A stretch of DNA of 64,000 nt from a virus. Position numbers and translations under genes: made by a program. Of the stretch, positions 10,054 through 19,847 are shown in pieces. The stretch's first letter is position 1, and every line of letters starts with the position of its first letter. Location: IMG/VR virus record IMGVR_UViG_3300042484_002006, one strand, 5' to 3'. The notes beneath the pieces were generated by a model that saw only the letters and a list, made by a program, of their open reading frames with translations, had not been told where the DNA came from and searched no databases.

Positions 10054-10557
10054 TTATCTGTTGTACGGAGTCGATTTCCAAGTCTCAGGTCCACCAGCAT
10101 TTGATGCCGGCAAACTTTCCCAACGGGCGTGATTCTCAGGGCATTCTTTTCTTGTTTGGTCTGGGCAATTGCCATTTATGTCATAGGCTAAGAAAAAACC
10201 TTGACCGTCCATAGGATTTTGTCCATCTTGTCTGCTTCCATCATCATTAAGAAGATGTCCCCATCCGTCTGTGTGGCACCCTGCTATCAAATTCACTTTT
10301 AACTGAAATTCTTCGGCACTTAACGGAGGAATGCCAAGAAGGCCATCATGGAATTGAATTAACCAAGTCAAATCTTCTGACTTAAAATTCCAATCATATT
10401 TGTGGATGATATCTATTTGCCAGTCCGCTAATGCCCATTTGCCGCATGCGGTTCCATCCATATCACCACCACCACCGTATAGTCGTACGTATCCAGAACC
10501 GCAATCTGAGCGGTGGTAGACAAGTCCATCACCATGTTTTTCTGATGTAATTTTCAT
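10054..10557 (-). CDS. hypothetical Cys-containing protein
   Basis: 167-aa ORF with SD GGAGG. Confidence 0.7.
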   Translation of the reverse strand: MKITSEKHGDGLVYHRSDCGSGYVRLYGGGGDMDGTACGKWALADWQIDIIHKYDWNFKSEDLTWLIQFHDGLLGIPPLSAEEFQLKVNLIAGCHTDGWGHLLNDDGSRQDGQNPMDGQGFFLAYDINGNCPDQTRKECPENHARWESLPASNAGGPETWKSTPYNR

Positions 10558-10673
10558 AATTTATCCTCCGGGTCGTTAGGGAAAAATTTAGATATAAATT
10601 TAATGACAAGCCAGCTGGCTAGCATTATTTCCATACCTGTAAATAGTCCTCTAAAAAATTCTGAATGCATGAG

Positions 10674-11009
10674 TTATATTATATCATACTTTTGTTGAAG
10701 TTGATGAGTTTTACGTGTCTTGGAAATATATTTTGGCGGTAATGAATATCCCAGTTTTTCTCTATCCATTTCAGATTCTCCACCCCAGACTCCAAATTCA
10801 TGATTACTTCTAGCGTAGTCTCTGCATTGAATTTTAACTGGACATTGTGCACAGATAAGCTTTGCTTCAGTTTCTCTTCTTTTGCGAGCTTCAGGTCTTT
10901 CTGCTAATTTTGGGAAAAACAAAGAAGTTTTATTCTTACATATTGCTTCGTCCATCCAAGTTAAAATAATTGGATGAATGGTGGAGTCTGTAGTTGAGAT
11001 AGTAAACAC
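10674..11009 (-). CDS. whiB: WhiB-family transcription factor
   Basis: W..A.C, FFP, CxxC, C, GVWGG turn. Confidence 0.92.
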   Translation of the reverse strand: MFTISTTDSTIHPIILTWMDEAICKNKTSLFFPKLAERPEARKRRETEAKLICAQCPVKIQCRDYARSNHEFGVWGGESEMDREKLGYSLPPKYISKTRKTHQLQQKYDII

Positions 11010-11177
11010 CTTCTAAAACGTCAGGATAAGAAGTGGCGTAGAGCGCAATAGTATTTGCTTCTTCTGCACTTTGCGCTTCTACGCACACAGTTCTTGTAAC
11101 TTCTATGTAATATTTTTCCAAGGTACACCTTCCTTAATTTAAGGATTCAATGAAGATAGTAACCTTGAAAAATGATA

Positions 11178-11519
11178 TCAGCTAAGTATAATCCAGAGAT
11201 CAAACATTTTTGTCGCCTCGTTGAAAAGGGAAGTTGTTGAAAGAGTCAAATTATCTTTTAGTGCTCGGCTGCTCAAAGAGGCACGGAGTGAAGCGAGCTG
11301 CTGCTTTGATGTAACAGGAATGTTTACGTGGAACCATTCGTTACGATTAGTGATGAGCTCATTGTAAATAGCCGTAATGATAGGATTGCGACGGCGACCC
11401 TTACCACTATTCATGGGCGGTTCACCCTTAATCTTGGTAAGCAGCTTTGTTGGCTCTGCGAGAGCGTACTTCCTCGGGTTTGACTGGATCAAGCTTTCAA
11501 CACTGAGTTGAATGGACAT
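11178..11519 (-). CDS. hypothetical protein
   Basis: ORF with SD AGGAG. Confidence 0.7.
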   Translation of the reverse strand: MSIQLSVESLIQSNPRKYALAEPTKLLTKIKGEPPMNSGKGRRRNPIITAIYNELITNRNEWFHVNIPVTSKQQLASLRASLSSRALKDNLTLSTTSLFNEATKMFDLWIILS

Positions 11520-11765
11520 GGTAATATCTCCTATGTAGATGGATTTTTCTTTATATTTGCTTGTACAATAAAATAATTATATTTTTTTAAGATGCGTAAT
11601 TAATTCCTGTAAAAGAACTTTAATATCTGAAACATCTGCGCATATCTTGGCAAGGCTGGCAGCTTGAGATGAAGACTTAATAGCTTCGCCTCGAAGGCGC
11701 ATTTCTTCATTTGAAATCTTGGCGTTTTCGGCACCAATGTCTCTCCATGTTTTCATGGTACACTC

Positions 11766-11966
11766 CTAAGTTTTATTTATAGCTTCAGCGTACAACTCAT
11801 TATACTGCTTAGCGAGTTTATTAATTAGTTCTTGAGGCGCATTGCCTTCAACTGCCATTGCTAGACGAGAACCAAGTACACCAATAGTCTGCCATTTTAT
11901 AATTAAATACTCAGCAGTGACAGATTTTGGTTTTTCATATTTGGTAGGATATTTACCGTAAGCCAT
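11766..11966 (-). CDS. hypothetical protein
   Basis: abuts the upstream gene. Confidence 0.6.
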   Translation of the reverse strand: MAYGKYPTKYEKPKSVTAEYLIIKWQTIGVLGSRLAMAVEGNAPQELINKLAKQYNELYAEAINKT

Positions 11967-12185
11967 TTAGTCTTGCTCAAATGTTTCTTTATAGAATGTA
12001 GACATTTCATGATCTACCTGTTCATCGGCAACCATGGTTCCGCTAATATCGTTGTACCACATTCTGAAATATTCTTCAGCAACTATTCTCCAACGATGAG
12101 CTTCTCTCTCCCAATATTTTGAATCTTCTTGAGCCCGGGAAACTGAAACATAAAGATCTTGAATGATAGCGTGAGATTCATCCAT
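11967..12185 (-). CDS. hypothetical protein
   Basis: co-oriented, abutting ORF. Confidence 0.6.
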   Translation of the reverse strand: MDESHAIIQDLYVSVSRAQEDSKYWEREAHRWRIVAEEYFRMWYNDISGTMVADEQVDHEMSTFYKETFEQD

Positions 12186-12451
12186 TATTTATCCTTGCCT
12201 AAAAAATGTTTAATAACAAGAACATTAGAAAGTATTAAGGTTGTAGCAAAAAAGAATCCTGTGAAAAAGTTCATGTTAACTCCTAATCTGAATAATACGT
12301 GCGATATTTTGCGTCTTCCCGAACAGTACATGGGCGACACCAAGGTTTGTAATCTAAACCAAATTTTTCTTTACATCTTTCGTATTCAGTAATAGATATC
12401 TGCAGGACTGTTTTGCAATTATTAAAACGTTTACACTCTAGTTCAATAAAT

Positions 12452-12694
12452 TCATCGTGTTCCATTAAAAGCCTCCAGATAAGAATTCATTGCAGGAATG
12501 CACTTTTCTCGATACTGCCGAGGCATGTCTATTCTAGCCATAGCCATATAAAGATCATGAGATATTTTTTTAAATAGATCACGTTCTTTAATTAACGCAT
12601 CACGTTCATCAAGAAGAGTGTAAACAACATCTTCTGCGGAAGAAATTGAATCTTCTTGGTCAGGTTCTTCAAATGGCTCACGAAACATTATCAC
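12452..12694 (-). CDS. hypothetical coiled-coil protein
   Basis: SD AGGAG; co-oriented. Confidence 0.6.
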   Translation of the reverse strand: MIMFREPFEEPDQEDSISSAEDVVYTLLDERDALIKERDLFKKISHDLYMAMARIDMPRQYREKCIPAMNSYLEAFNGTR

Positions 12695-12703
12695 TCCTAT
12701 GTA

Positions 12704-12982
12704 TTATACTGGAGATGATTCTACCAGACGTATGGAGACTGTGCAATCATATCTTTTAGATTGATCATAAGGAGCTCTCCACTTGGCTTCCCAAATCTCT
12801 CCTGGACGAACGCCAGCAAGATCTACTGATTCTGGTCTTTTATGGGCACAGCGGATATCTGAGGCTAACTGACGCGCAGTACGCATGCTGTAGCGTCTAG
12901 GTATTGTCATCCAGCCGTCAGCGCTTCTAGCTTCACTTAGGGTGCGCGTCCAAAAGGAACCAGTCTTAGGGCGGTTTCTCAT
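12704..12982 (-). CDS. hypothetical basic protein
   Basis: co-oriented, 1 nt from the upstream gene. Confidence 0.65.
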   Translation of the reverse strand: MRNRPKTGSFWTRTLSEARSADGWMTIPRRYSMRTARQLASDIRCAHKRPESVDLAGVRPGEIWEAKWRAPYDQSKRYDCTVSIRLVESSPV

Positions 12983-12983
12983 A

Positions 12984-13268
12984 TTAAATCCTCATGTATT
13001 TATAAATAGATACTCTGGTAGTGGGAAGTATTCTAGCTACTGTATTAACAGAATCTCTTAATAGAAAAAGACGATGACTATCTAAAAATTTAACTATTTC
13101 TGCGCATTCAGTATTTGTAAGCATATATGGGGGAGCATTATAAAGTTCACATATTTCAATGGTAATTCTTTCGAGTGCGCCATCTAATCCTAATAAAAGA
13201 TTAGATTGTACAATATCTTTAATTAAATCTTTATTGACAGTCGTCGCAGCATTCTGCATTATGATCAT
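12984..13268 (-). CDS. HTH protein, YheO/DauR C-terminal (HTH_22)-like
   Basis: LFLLRDSVNTVARILPTTRVSIYKYM. Confidence 0.65.
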   Translation of the reverse strand: MIIMQNAATTVNKDLIKDIVQSNLLLGLDGALERITIEICELYNAPPYMLTNTECAEIVKFLDSHRLFLLRDSVNTVARILPTTRVSIYKYMRI

Positions 13269-13476
13269 TCCAAATCTTTAAAACATCTTGAGCATATTCC
13301 AAATCATCACTAGTCTGTTTTCCAGAAAGAAGAATCTTTAAACATTCCGCTAAGCAGTTGCCAACTAAAACAGTATCATCATTAAGGTTGGATAAATATT
13401 TATTATTATTTTCAAGTTGTATAACTTGCTGTTGAAGAGCATTGACCATAGCCTGCTTCGTAGCAAGGTAGTCCAT
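13231..13476 (-). CDS. hypothetical coiled-coil protein
   Basis: co-oriented ORF. Confidence 0.55.
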   Translation of the reverse strand: MDYLATKQAMVNALQQQVIQLENNNKYLSNLNDDTVLVGNCLAECLKILLSGKQTSDDLEYAQDVLKIWNDHNAECCDDCQ

Positions 13477-13566
13477 CAGTAATTTTTAACTTTACGGTAG
13501 ATAGCTCTACTTAAAGTAGCTACAGCTAAAAAGATAAATGATATGTACACAACTAATGGCATATCT

Positions 13567-13827
13567 TTAAACGACTTTCTTTTCATTTTTTTCCTCCAAA
13601 TGAATTCTTTCGAGCCAGCGAAAGCGGGCATCTGCCGTGTACTTATGATCATAGCGACTAATAGGCCATTGATCTCTAGCAATAAGGGCTACTACAGCTT
13701 CTTCTGTCCCGCAATCTGAACAAATCTCTTCATCAACTATACGAGAAAGAGCACCTATATATCGTCCAGGAGTAACATTGTTAGGGATATATCCTAAACA
13801 TCTTGGACATACCGGATTATTTAACAT
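13567..13827 (-). CDS. Zn-ribbon protein
   Basis: CPRC...GALSR...ICSDCG. Confidence 0.7.
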   Translation of the reverse strand: MLNNPVCPRCLGYIPNNVTPGRYIGALSRIVDEEICSDCGTEEAVVALIARDQWPISRYDHKYTADARFRWLERIHLEEKNEKKVV

Positions 13828-14318
13828 ATCTGAAAACCTCCACAGTCAATTAAAAATTCTGCAAAGTTTTGAATGTTCTCTATATCTATATGATAATTAG
13901 CATTCCAGTTACGCTGCATTCCTGAGCCGTTGCAGGTGTGGCATTCAGGATTAGGTTTTTTATTACCTGATGACTTTGGAAATGCAATATCTCCTGAGAT
14001 AGTAAATATTTCCATTAAAGATTCTTTGACGCAAAAACATGGTTCGTCAGGAAGAGTAGCCGTATCTTTATTATATAAATCAACATATTCCTGAGCTGCG
14101 CCAGTGGTGATTGATTCTTGAATGATAAAACCTAATCTGCGGGAATCAACTGCATCCAATCCATCTCCAGAATTATCATGACCACTTTCAACTTTATTGG
14201 CTAACTCTGGACAAGTATAACAACAATATGTCCATAAAGGATGCCACCACCAAACATTGTTTCTAAAGTATTCTCCTTTAGAAGTCTTAGGCTTTACACC
14301 ATAAACATCCATACCCAT
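13821..14318 (-). CDS. conserved phage protein with a DnaJ-like CxxCxGxG motif
   Basis: FRNNVWWWHPLW; CHTCNGSG. Confidence 0.7.
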   Translation of the reverse strand: MGMDVYGVKPKTSKGEYFRNNVWWWHPLWTYCCYTCPELANKVESGHDNSGDGLDAVDSRRLGFIIQESITTGAAQEYVDLYNKDTATLPDEPCFCVKESLMEIFTISGDIAFPKSSGNKKPNPECHTCNGSGMQRNWNANYHIDIENIQNFAEFLIDCGGFQIC

Positions 14319-14482
14319 GATAACTCCTAAATTATAGGTAATTTTTTTCTAGTAAAATAGAAAAATATTAAAGAGACTAAAGCCTCTAAAAGTTTAAATA
14401 AATCTTGAAAATTTTTAATAGATTTAATAACACGCTTTAAGAATAAAATAATCTTATTAGTGTGCCTTTTGTGCATGAGTCC

Positions 14483-14776
14483 TCATTCAACTTTTTGAGC
14501 GGATGGATTAACTGCGGCAAAATCATAAATAAAAGCAATACCTTTAGATGTTATTTTCCAAGTATTATCCACATTTAAATCAATGAGATTATCTAAATGA
14601 AGTTTTAGTAAAGATCTTTTAACGGAAGAAGAACGATTAAATTTTTTAAGATTAATAGCTTTTAGGTCATCGACACTGATGGTCTTACCATAAAACTTTG
14701 TAATTAACAATAGATCATGAGTCAAAGAACTCTTGATCATACGCACATCTGGAAAATGAGAAATTACTTTCTGCAT
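14483..14776 (-). CDS. winged-helix-like hypothetical protein
   Basis: SSVKRSLLKL...LID...TWKITSKG pattern. Confidence 0.5.
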   Translation of the reverse strand: MQKVISHFPDVRMIKSSLTHDLLLITKFYGKTISVDDLKAINLKKFNRSSSVKRSLLKLHLDNLIDLNVDNTWKITSKGIAFIYDFAAVNPSAQKVE

Positions 14777-14777
14777 A

Positions 14778-15206
14778 CTATTTTATTCTCTCCATAAGTT
14801 TTGCTGAGACCATATTGGGAGTGCATCGATGAGTTGGTATATCATTAATCGCAAGAAAGACTTCAGTGACACTTTTACATGATGGACACTGCCATACAGA
14901 TCCATTCCTAGTAGACTCAGCTAATTGAGCGGAGTCATGTCTTTTAGGATTTAATGAACTGATAACCTGTGATGCGGTAAGATCTGATTTTGTCTTTGAT
15001 TGTACAGGCATCTTGTGTTCTTCAATTTGAAGAGACTGTTGTTTAGCTACTGGGTTAACCTTAATTTTACGAGGGTTAACTTCTTTAGCAGTAGTTTCCT
15101 GTAATTGCAATTTAACACACTTGGGACAAAAGTGAGGTTTTCTACCACGACTTTTATCACGTTTCCATGTTGCACCACATCCTGTGCAAGTAAGCGATTC
15201 TTTCAT
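14778..15206 (-). CDS. Zn-finger protein
   Basis: CTGC, CPKC, CPSC, HRC. Confidence 0.7.
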   Translation of the reverse strand: MKESLTCTGCGATWKRDKSRGRKPHFCPKCVKLQLQETTAKEVNPRKIKVNPVAKQQSLQIEEHKMPVQSKTKSDLTASQVISSLNPKRHDSAQLAESTRNGSVWQCPSCKSVTEVFLAINDIPTHRCTPNMVSAKLMERIK

Positions 15207-15249
15207 TATATTCCCCTAAGATTGACTAAGAATATTTATATAGTAGATA

Positions 15250-15570
15250 TTAAATAATAATTCGTTGTTTTGATATAACCATAGCTTTTGGAATATTTAT
15301 TAAACAACAATAATAATCATCGCAAGTTAAGGTGGAAGCAATAGTATAATAGTTTTTCTTAGGATTTGGTTCGATTAAATAACCAATAGTTTGACAAATG
15401 TAATCTTCAGTATCCATAGATTGAACATCATGCCATTCATCTACTTCAGAAAAGGCATCTCTCCAAATAATTTTATAGATTTTTTTCTTAGAAGATGTTG
15501 AATCTTTTTTATTCTTTTTTATTGGTACTTTTGGTAAGTTAGAATTAACGCTTTGTTCCACAATCAACAC
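15250..15570 (-). CDS. hypothetical protein
   Basis: IIWRDA...CQTIGYL pattern. Confidence 0.6.
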   Translation of the reverse strand: MLIVEQSVNSNLPKVPIKKNKKDSTSSKKKIYKIIWRDAFSEVDEWHDVQSMDTEDYICQTIGYLIEPNPKKNYYTIASTLTCDDYYCCLINIPKAMVISKQRIII

Positions 15571-15745
15571 ACTCCTAAGTAAAGTTAGAAGACATTATAC
15601 CATAGATATGAGATCTTCGTAACTAATATAGTAAGATTTTCCAAAAATATCTTTAGCTATAGCGTGTATCTGATGGGGGGAAACATCTTGTATATCAAAT
15701 ATTGATACATAAGAATTATAATTATAATTATAGGATCTACTTTTT

Positions 15746-16021
15746 TTATTGTTTTTCTTCGCCAAAAGATATTTCCTTAATAGTCGAAAATTCTTGAGGG
15801 CTTATTATCTTATGGGAATCAAATGTATTGCGAATATTTTTATTAAAGAAGTATCCCATAGAATCTGAAGTAATAAAAGAATTATAGAATTCTTCAGAGA
15901 TGTTGTAGTAAGCCCAAACTGTCAATGATTGAAATTGAACAATTAAAGTATTGTCTTCAGAATCCCAGCCTACCATTTTAATAACTGAGCTGTCTGCGGG
16001 CTTATGGGTTAAAACGGTCAT
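15746..16021 (-). CDS. KTSC-domain protein
   Basis: SSVIKMVGWD..TLIVQF...Y.Y...SDSMGYFFNKNIR. Confidence 0.85.
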   Translation of the reverse strand: MTVLTHKPADSSVIKMVGWDSEDNTLIVQFQSLTVWAYYNISEEFYNSFITSDSMGYFFNKNIRNTFDSHKIISPQEFSTIKEISFGEEKQ

Positions 16022-16030
16022 AGAATTTCC

Positions 16031-16477
16031 TTATGAGTAGTTATACATCGTTTTTGTTAAAGAATCAATAACAAGAACAATTTGATATATTTCAAATTCT
16101 TCTTTTTTGTCTTCTCGAACTTGATAGACAAGTCCATTAGACCACTGTAAACCTTCTACAATATATCCTGGTTTTCTTCGCACAGTATAGTATGGAGAAA
16201 AATTTCCATCAGCTAATAAAACAAATCTGAATATATTTAAAGGTATAGTTGAAGAATATAATTTATCAGTTTTTAAATCTTTTATTTTAGCGTAAAAAAA
16301 ACAAAAATTAGAAACATAAGTATCAATTAATTCTCTATTGAGATTAGGATATTCATATCTGTGATAAAGAGATTTTTGAATATTATATTCTTTAAGAAAT
16401 ATAAAAGAATCTTCTTCATCTAAAGTGGAATCTAAAGTATGTAGATTATGCAATGAATGAATAAGAGAAGATTCCAT
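16031..16477 (-). CDS. hypothetical protein
   Basis: co-oriented ORF. Confidence 0.65.
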   Translation of the reverse strand: MESSLIHSLHNLHTLDSTLDEEDSFIFLKEYNIQKSLYHRYEYPNLNRELIDTYVSNFCFFYAKIKDLKTDKLYSSTIPLNIFRFVLLADGNFSPYYTVRRKPGYIVEGLQWSNGLVYQVREDKKEEFEIYQIVLVIDSLTKTMYNYS

Positions 16478-16479
16478 AT

Positions 16480-16863
16480 TTAATCACAATCTTGTTCTTC
16501 GATAAGAAGCTTAACATAAAGGCTCTTACGTTCAATAGCTGTCAAGAATTTCATAGCATTGCTGCGCCAGCGTTGTTCATCAAAATTAAGATTTTCTAAT
16601 TCCTCTTTGGAAGCGTAATTATCTTTTAGTTGTTTAATATTAACTTTAAGATTAGATTTATGATTAGATAATTGAAGCTCAATATCTCTACGGATAACTC
16701 TTAGAGAATATAACCATAAGTCTAAGTTATTATTAAGAATTGTTTTTTCTTCATCAGAAGAAAATTTATTTTTAACGTCCTTAAGAACTATATCTTGAAA
16801 GTTTTTAATATCATCTTCAGATAATTCTTTGATAAGTGATGATGTCCAAATGTCTGTTGTCAT
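16480..16863 (-). CDS. hypothetical coiled-coil protein
   Basis: co-oriented ORF. Confidence 0.7.
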   Translation of the reverse strand: MTTDIWTSSLIKELSEDDIKNFQDIVLKDVKNKFSSDEEKTILNNNLDLWLYSLRVIRRDIELQLSNHKSNLKVNIKQLKDNYASKEELENLNFDEQRWRSNAMKFLTAIERKSLYVKLLIEEQDCD

Positions 16864-16867
16864 TTTT

Positions 16868-17635
16868 TTACTCTTCGTTCTTTTTCTTATTGTATAAGAA
16901 ATTATAAGCGTTTAATATATCATTTTGAAAATGTTCAGCTATTGAGTTTTGATCAAATGATGAGGATTTCAATACATACATTGGAGAATATGTCGTAATA
17001 ATTGGCCAATAGCCCAACCAAGTTACAGCGCCACGAACATCTTTCATTTTAATGCTAGTGCCAAAAATAACTGAAGAAGGAAGTCCACCTAAACAAAGAA
17101 TAAGTTTAGGATTAAGAAGCTGTAGCTCTAAATGTAAATAAGGAGAACAGTTAATAATCTCTTGATTCTCGTATTTTCTACGGACTGGACATCTATTAAC
17201 GTAAGTAAGACACAGCTGTTGAGAACTTAATCCAGCTTTCTTGAAAGCGTCGACCATTAAGGTGATTGCTTCAGGCGGTATGGAGGGAGATTCTATAACA
17301 ATAACTATGTCTGGATTTTCAACGTTCCACTTTGGAAGCTCAGAGTTAGAATCAACTGTACATTTACGACAATTTTTTGTTACTGTATGTAGATCTTTTA
17401 GATTAGTTGATATTTTTCTTGATAAGATATCAATTCTAGAATCTCGAAATATATCATTTACTTCAGATTCAATAAGTCTTTTAGAAAATCTTTCATGAAG
17501 CGAAGATAAAAGGTCTGTTTCAGCTAAACCTAAATAAGATCCTGATCCACCAAATGTATGTTGCTTTTCAGTGTTTTGAGAGAGAGCTTCATCAATTAGC
17601 TTTTGAAGCTCTCCCTCATCAAACTGTTCCATCAA
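16868..17635 (-). CDS. uracil-DNA glycosylase family 4-like protein
   Basis: CRKC, TYVNRC, NCSPYL, LCLG; active-site motifs diverged (IESPS, TYSP). Confidence 0.8.
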   Translation of the reverse strand: MMEQFDEGELQKLIDEALSQNTEKQHTFGGSGSYLGLAETDLLSSLHERFSKRLIESEVNDIFRDSRIDILSRKISTNLKDLHTVTKNCRKCTVDSNSELPKWNVENPDIVIVIESPSIPPEAITLMVDAFKKAGLSSQQLCLTYVNRCPVRRKYENQEIINCSPYLHLELQLLNPKLILCLGGLPSSVIFGTSIKMKDVRGAVTWLGYWPIITTYSPMYVLKSSSFDQNSIAEHFQNDILNAYNFLYNKKKNEE

Positions 17636-18072
17636 AAGCTAGATGGAATTGAAGACTGTGCAGCGGGAGCTGGAGTAGTCCCTGTTGAATCTGTTGTTGT
17701 AGCAGTCTTTGAACCAGCAGCGCGCTGACCATAAGTAAGGTGCTCGGCAACAATAACAACTCGTGAGCGGTTCTTGTCGTCTTGCTTCCAACGCTCTTGA
17801 ACAAGACGTCCAACTATGGAAACTGAAGTACCTTTCTTCATCTTTCCTGCTTCAACTTGAGTGGCAACGAAGGAAGCGTTTTTGCCAGCAAATGCACCAG
17901 TTGCGTCCTTCAAATAAAAGACTACATCAAAATATCCAGATGTATTTTCTGTATTTTTATCTGATCCAGCATAGTCGACGGCAAGCGATGTTTTGAAAAT
18001 CTTACCATTGATTATTTCTGGATCTGATACAAGACCACCAGAGATTGTAACTAAGTTTTGTGGATCTAACAT
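17632..18072 (-). CDS. ssb: single-stranded DNA-binding protein
   Basis: OB-fold pattern KGTSVSIVGRLVQERW; flexible tail ending in PSSF. Confidence 0.9.
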   Translation of the reverse strand: MLDPQNLVTISGGLVSDPEIINGKIFKTSLAVDYAGSDKNTENTSGYFDVVFYLKDATGAFAGKNASFVATQVEAGKMKKGTSVSIVGRLVQERWKQDDKNRSRVVIVAEHLTYGQRAAGSKTATTTDSTGTTPAPAAQSSIPSSF

Positions 18073-18296
18073 TATTCTTGCTCCTGTTCAGGTTGTATTG
18101 CTTTTTTAAAATTATATACTATTTCTTCAAGAAAATCAATTGATAACTTTACAGCCATTTCTGGCCCATGGTAAAGGACTTGATTGTTTATTAGATTAAC
18201 AAAAAGATTATAAATTCCAGTTTTTAAATCTGAGATAATATCAGTTGATGTATTTTCAGGAACTGTATCTACTAATGATGGATCTTCATTATTCAT
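18072..18296 (-). CDS. hypothetical protein
   Basis: translationally coupled ORF. Confidence 0.6.
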   Translation of the reverse strand: MNNEDPSLVDTVPENTSTDIISDLKTGIYNLFVNLINNQVLYHGPEMAVKLSIDFLEEIVYNFKKAIQPEQEQE

Positions 18297-18297
18297 A

Positions 18298-18594
18298 TCA
18301 GCTCATTCTTTTTGATAGTGCGGAATCAATCATCTGTCCAAGAGCCTTAATGTCTTCATATCCCTTGTCATACAATATGGATATAATAGGCTTTGGATCG
18401 ATGGCATTGTATGTAATTAATTGGAGATTAAATACATCGTTCAGTGAATAAATTCTATAATTATTTAGATCTCTTTTAGGAGAAGGATACTTGTTATTCT
18501 TCTCTCTGTTCGAAACTGTTAATGTAGTGACATTAAGAATTTGAGCTACTTCAGATCTTGTAAAAATAGGTTCTTGATGAGTTATTCTAGTCAA
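18298..18594 (-). CDS. MerR-type HTH DNA-binding protein
   Basis: FTRSEVAQILNVTTLTVSNRE...PKRDLNNYRIYS. Confidence 0.85.
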   Translation of the reverse strand: MTRITHQEPIFTRSEVAQILNVTTLTVSNREKNNKYPSPKRDLNNYRIYSLNDVFNLQLITYNAIDPKPIISILYDKGYEDIKALGQMIDSALSKRMS

Positions 18595-18653
18595 ATTTTT
18601 CTACCTTTATTTACGTTTATATGAATATATAGTAGCATAAAAATATCTTTGAG

Positions 18654-19847
18654 TCAAGACATTAGCACTTGATCTTCAATATTTCGTATATGGCGAAGTA
18701 ATGAATAATGACTAATTGCAGAATCTTCTTGCATAAAAGATGCCAAGGCCTCCAAGTAAGTAAAACCCTTAGGTGGCCAAACTCCAGCAAAGGCATAGAA
18801 GGCATCGTAATCTATAGGAGTTTCAGGAATATGACATTCACATTCACAGTCTTCACTGTTTATGTATTCATCTTGTTCATCATCATACTCACTGCATGAA
18901 TCGCAGCAATCTAGATTTCTGTGCGTTTGACTGCTTTGATCTATGCTTTGTAAATATTCACCAATCAAGTTAGTTCGAGCATTACTGAAGTCTGAATAAA
19001 AACGAGGATTTTGAGAATTTTTTACCCAGTTTATATTACTAATTTCATGAAGATCAATTGATTCCCAAGCTTTAAATAAAGCTGCAACATAACTATCACT
19101 TATGTAATAATTTTCTTTACCTATTTCATGAGTAAAAGGTACGGCAAATTTTTCTAAAATAGTATTCTCTGGTTTATATTGATAAAAAGAATAGTACTTT
19201 GCAACAGTTTCAGTCAAATCTAAATTAGTTCCAGAGTTCCATACCCAATCATAAGCAGACTGAATAACGCCAGCAAAATCTTTAGAATACTTTTCTACAT
19301 CATCCATATCAGAAAAGAATGGACGACACAAATCGCCATTAGAATAGAAATTAGGAATTGGAACCATGAACATTTCTTGATCAGGATGCATCAAAGAGGT
19401 TTTCATAAAATACATGCGGACATCAGTGGTGTAATACTCAATCTGATTTTCATTTTTTATTTCATGATATTTAACAATATATAACTGCCAAGGAAGTGGG
19501 ATGCGATAAATGCTTTCTTCGTCACAATCATAGTCTATGTTATCAACTTGTTTGTAAATAATGGAAACATTTTCATAGCAAGGCGGTTTTTCAAAAACTA
19601 AATATTTTTTAGTAGCATATAGAAGCCCTGGGGGCATGATGCCAGTATCTTTTACGATGTAATTATTCTTTGTAAATGAAGAAACAAAATCGGTTACTGG
19701 AACAACTCGATCAAGTTCTCCAGCAATTTGCTGTAAATCATTGGAATAATTATTGTAAACAAAAGAACTTATATAAGAAGAATCTTGATTGTAATTAACT
19801 TTAACAGAAACATTATTAGCATTTGAAGTTAGTATAGAAATAGCCAT
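18654..19847 (-). CDS. prokaryotic E2 (Prok-E2_D-like) protein with a C-terminal Cys cluster
   Basis: YRIPLPWQLYIV...VPIPNFYSNGDLC; CCDSC...CECEC. Confidence 0.6.
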   Translation of the reverse strand: MAISILTSNANNVSVKVNYNQDSSYISSFVYNNYSNDLQQIAGELDRVVPVTDFVSSFTKNNYIVKDTGIMPPGLLYATKKYLVFEKPPCYENVSIIYKQVDNIDYDCDEESIYRIPLPWQLYIVKYHEIKNENQIEYYTTDVRMYFMKTSLMHPDQEMFMVPIPNFYSNGDLCRPFFSDMDDVEKYSKDFAGVIQSAYDWVWNSGTNLDLTETVAKYYSFYQYKPENTILEKFAVPFTHEIGKENYYISDSYVAALFKAWESIDLHEISNINWVKNSQNPRFYSDFSNARTNLIGEYLQSIDQSSQTHRNLDCCDSCSEYDDEQDEYINSEDCECECHIPETPIDYDAFYAFAGVWPPKGFTYLEALASFMQEDSAISHYSLLRHIRNIEDQVLMS

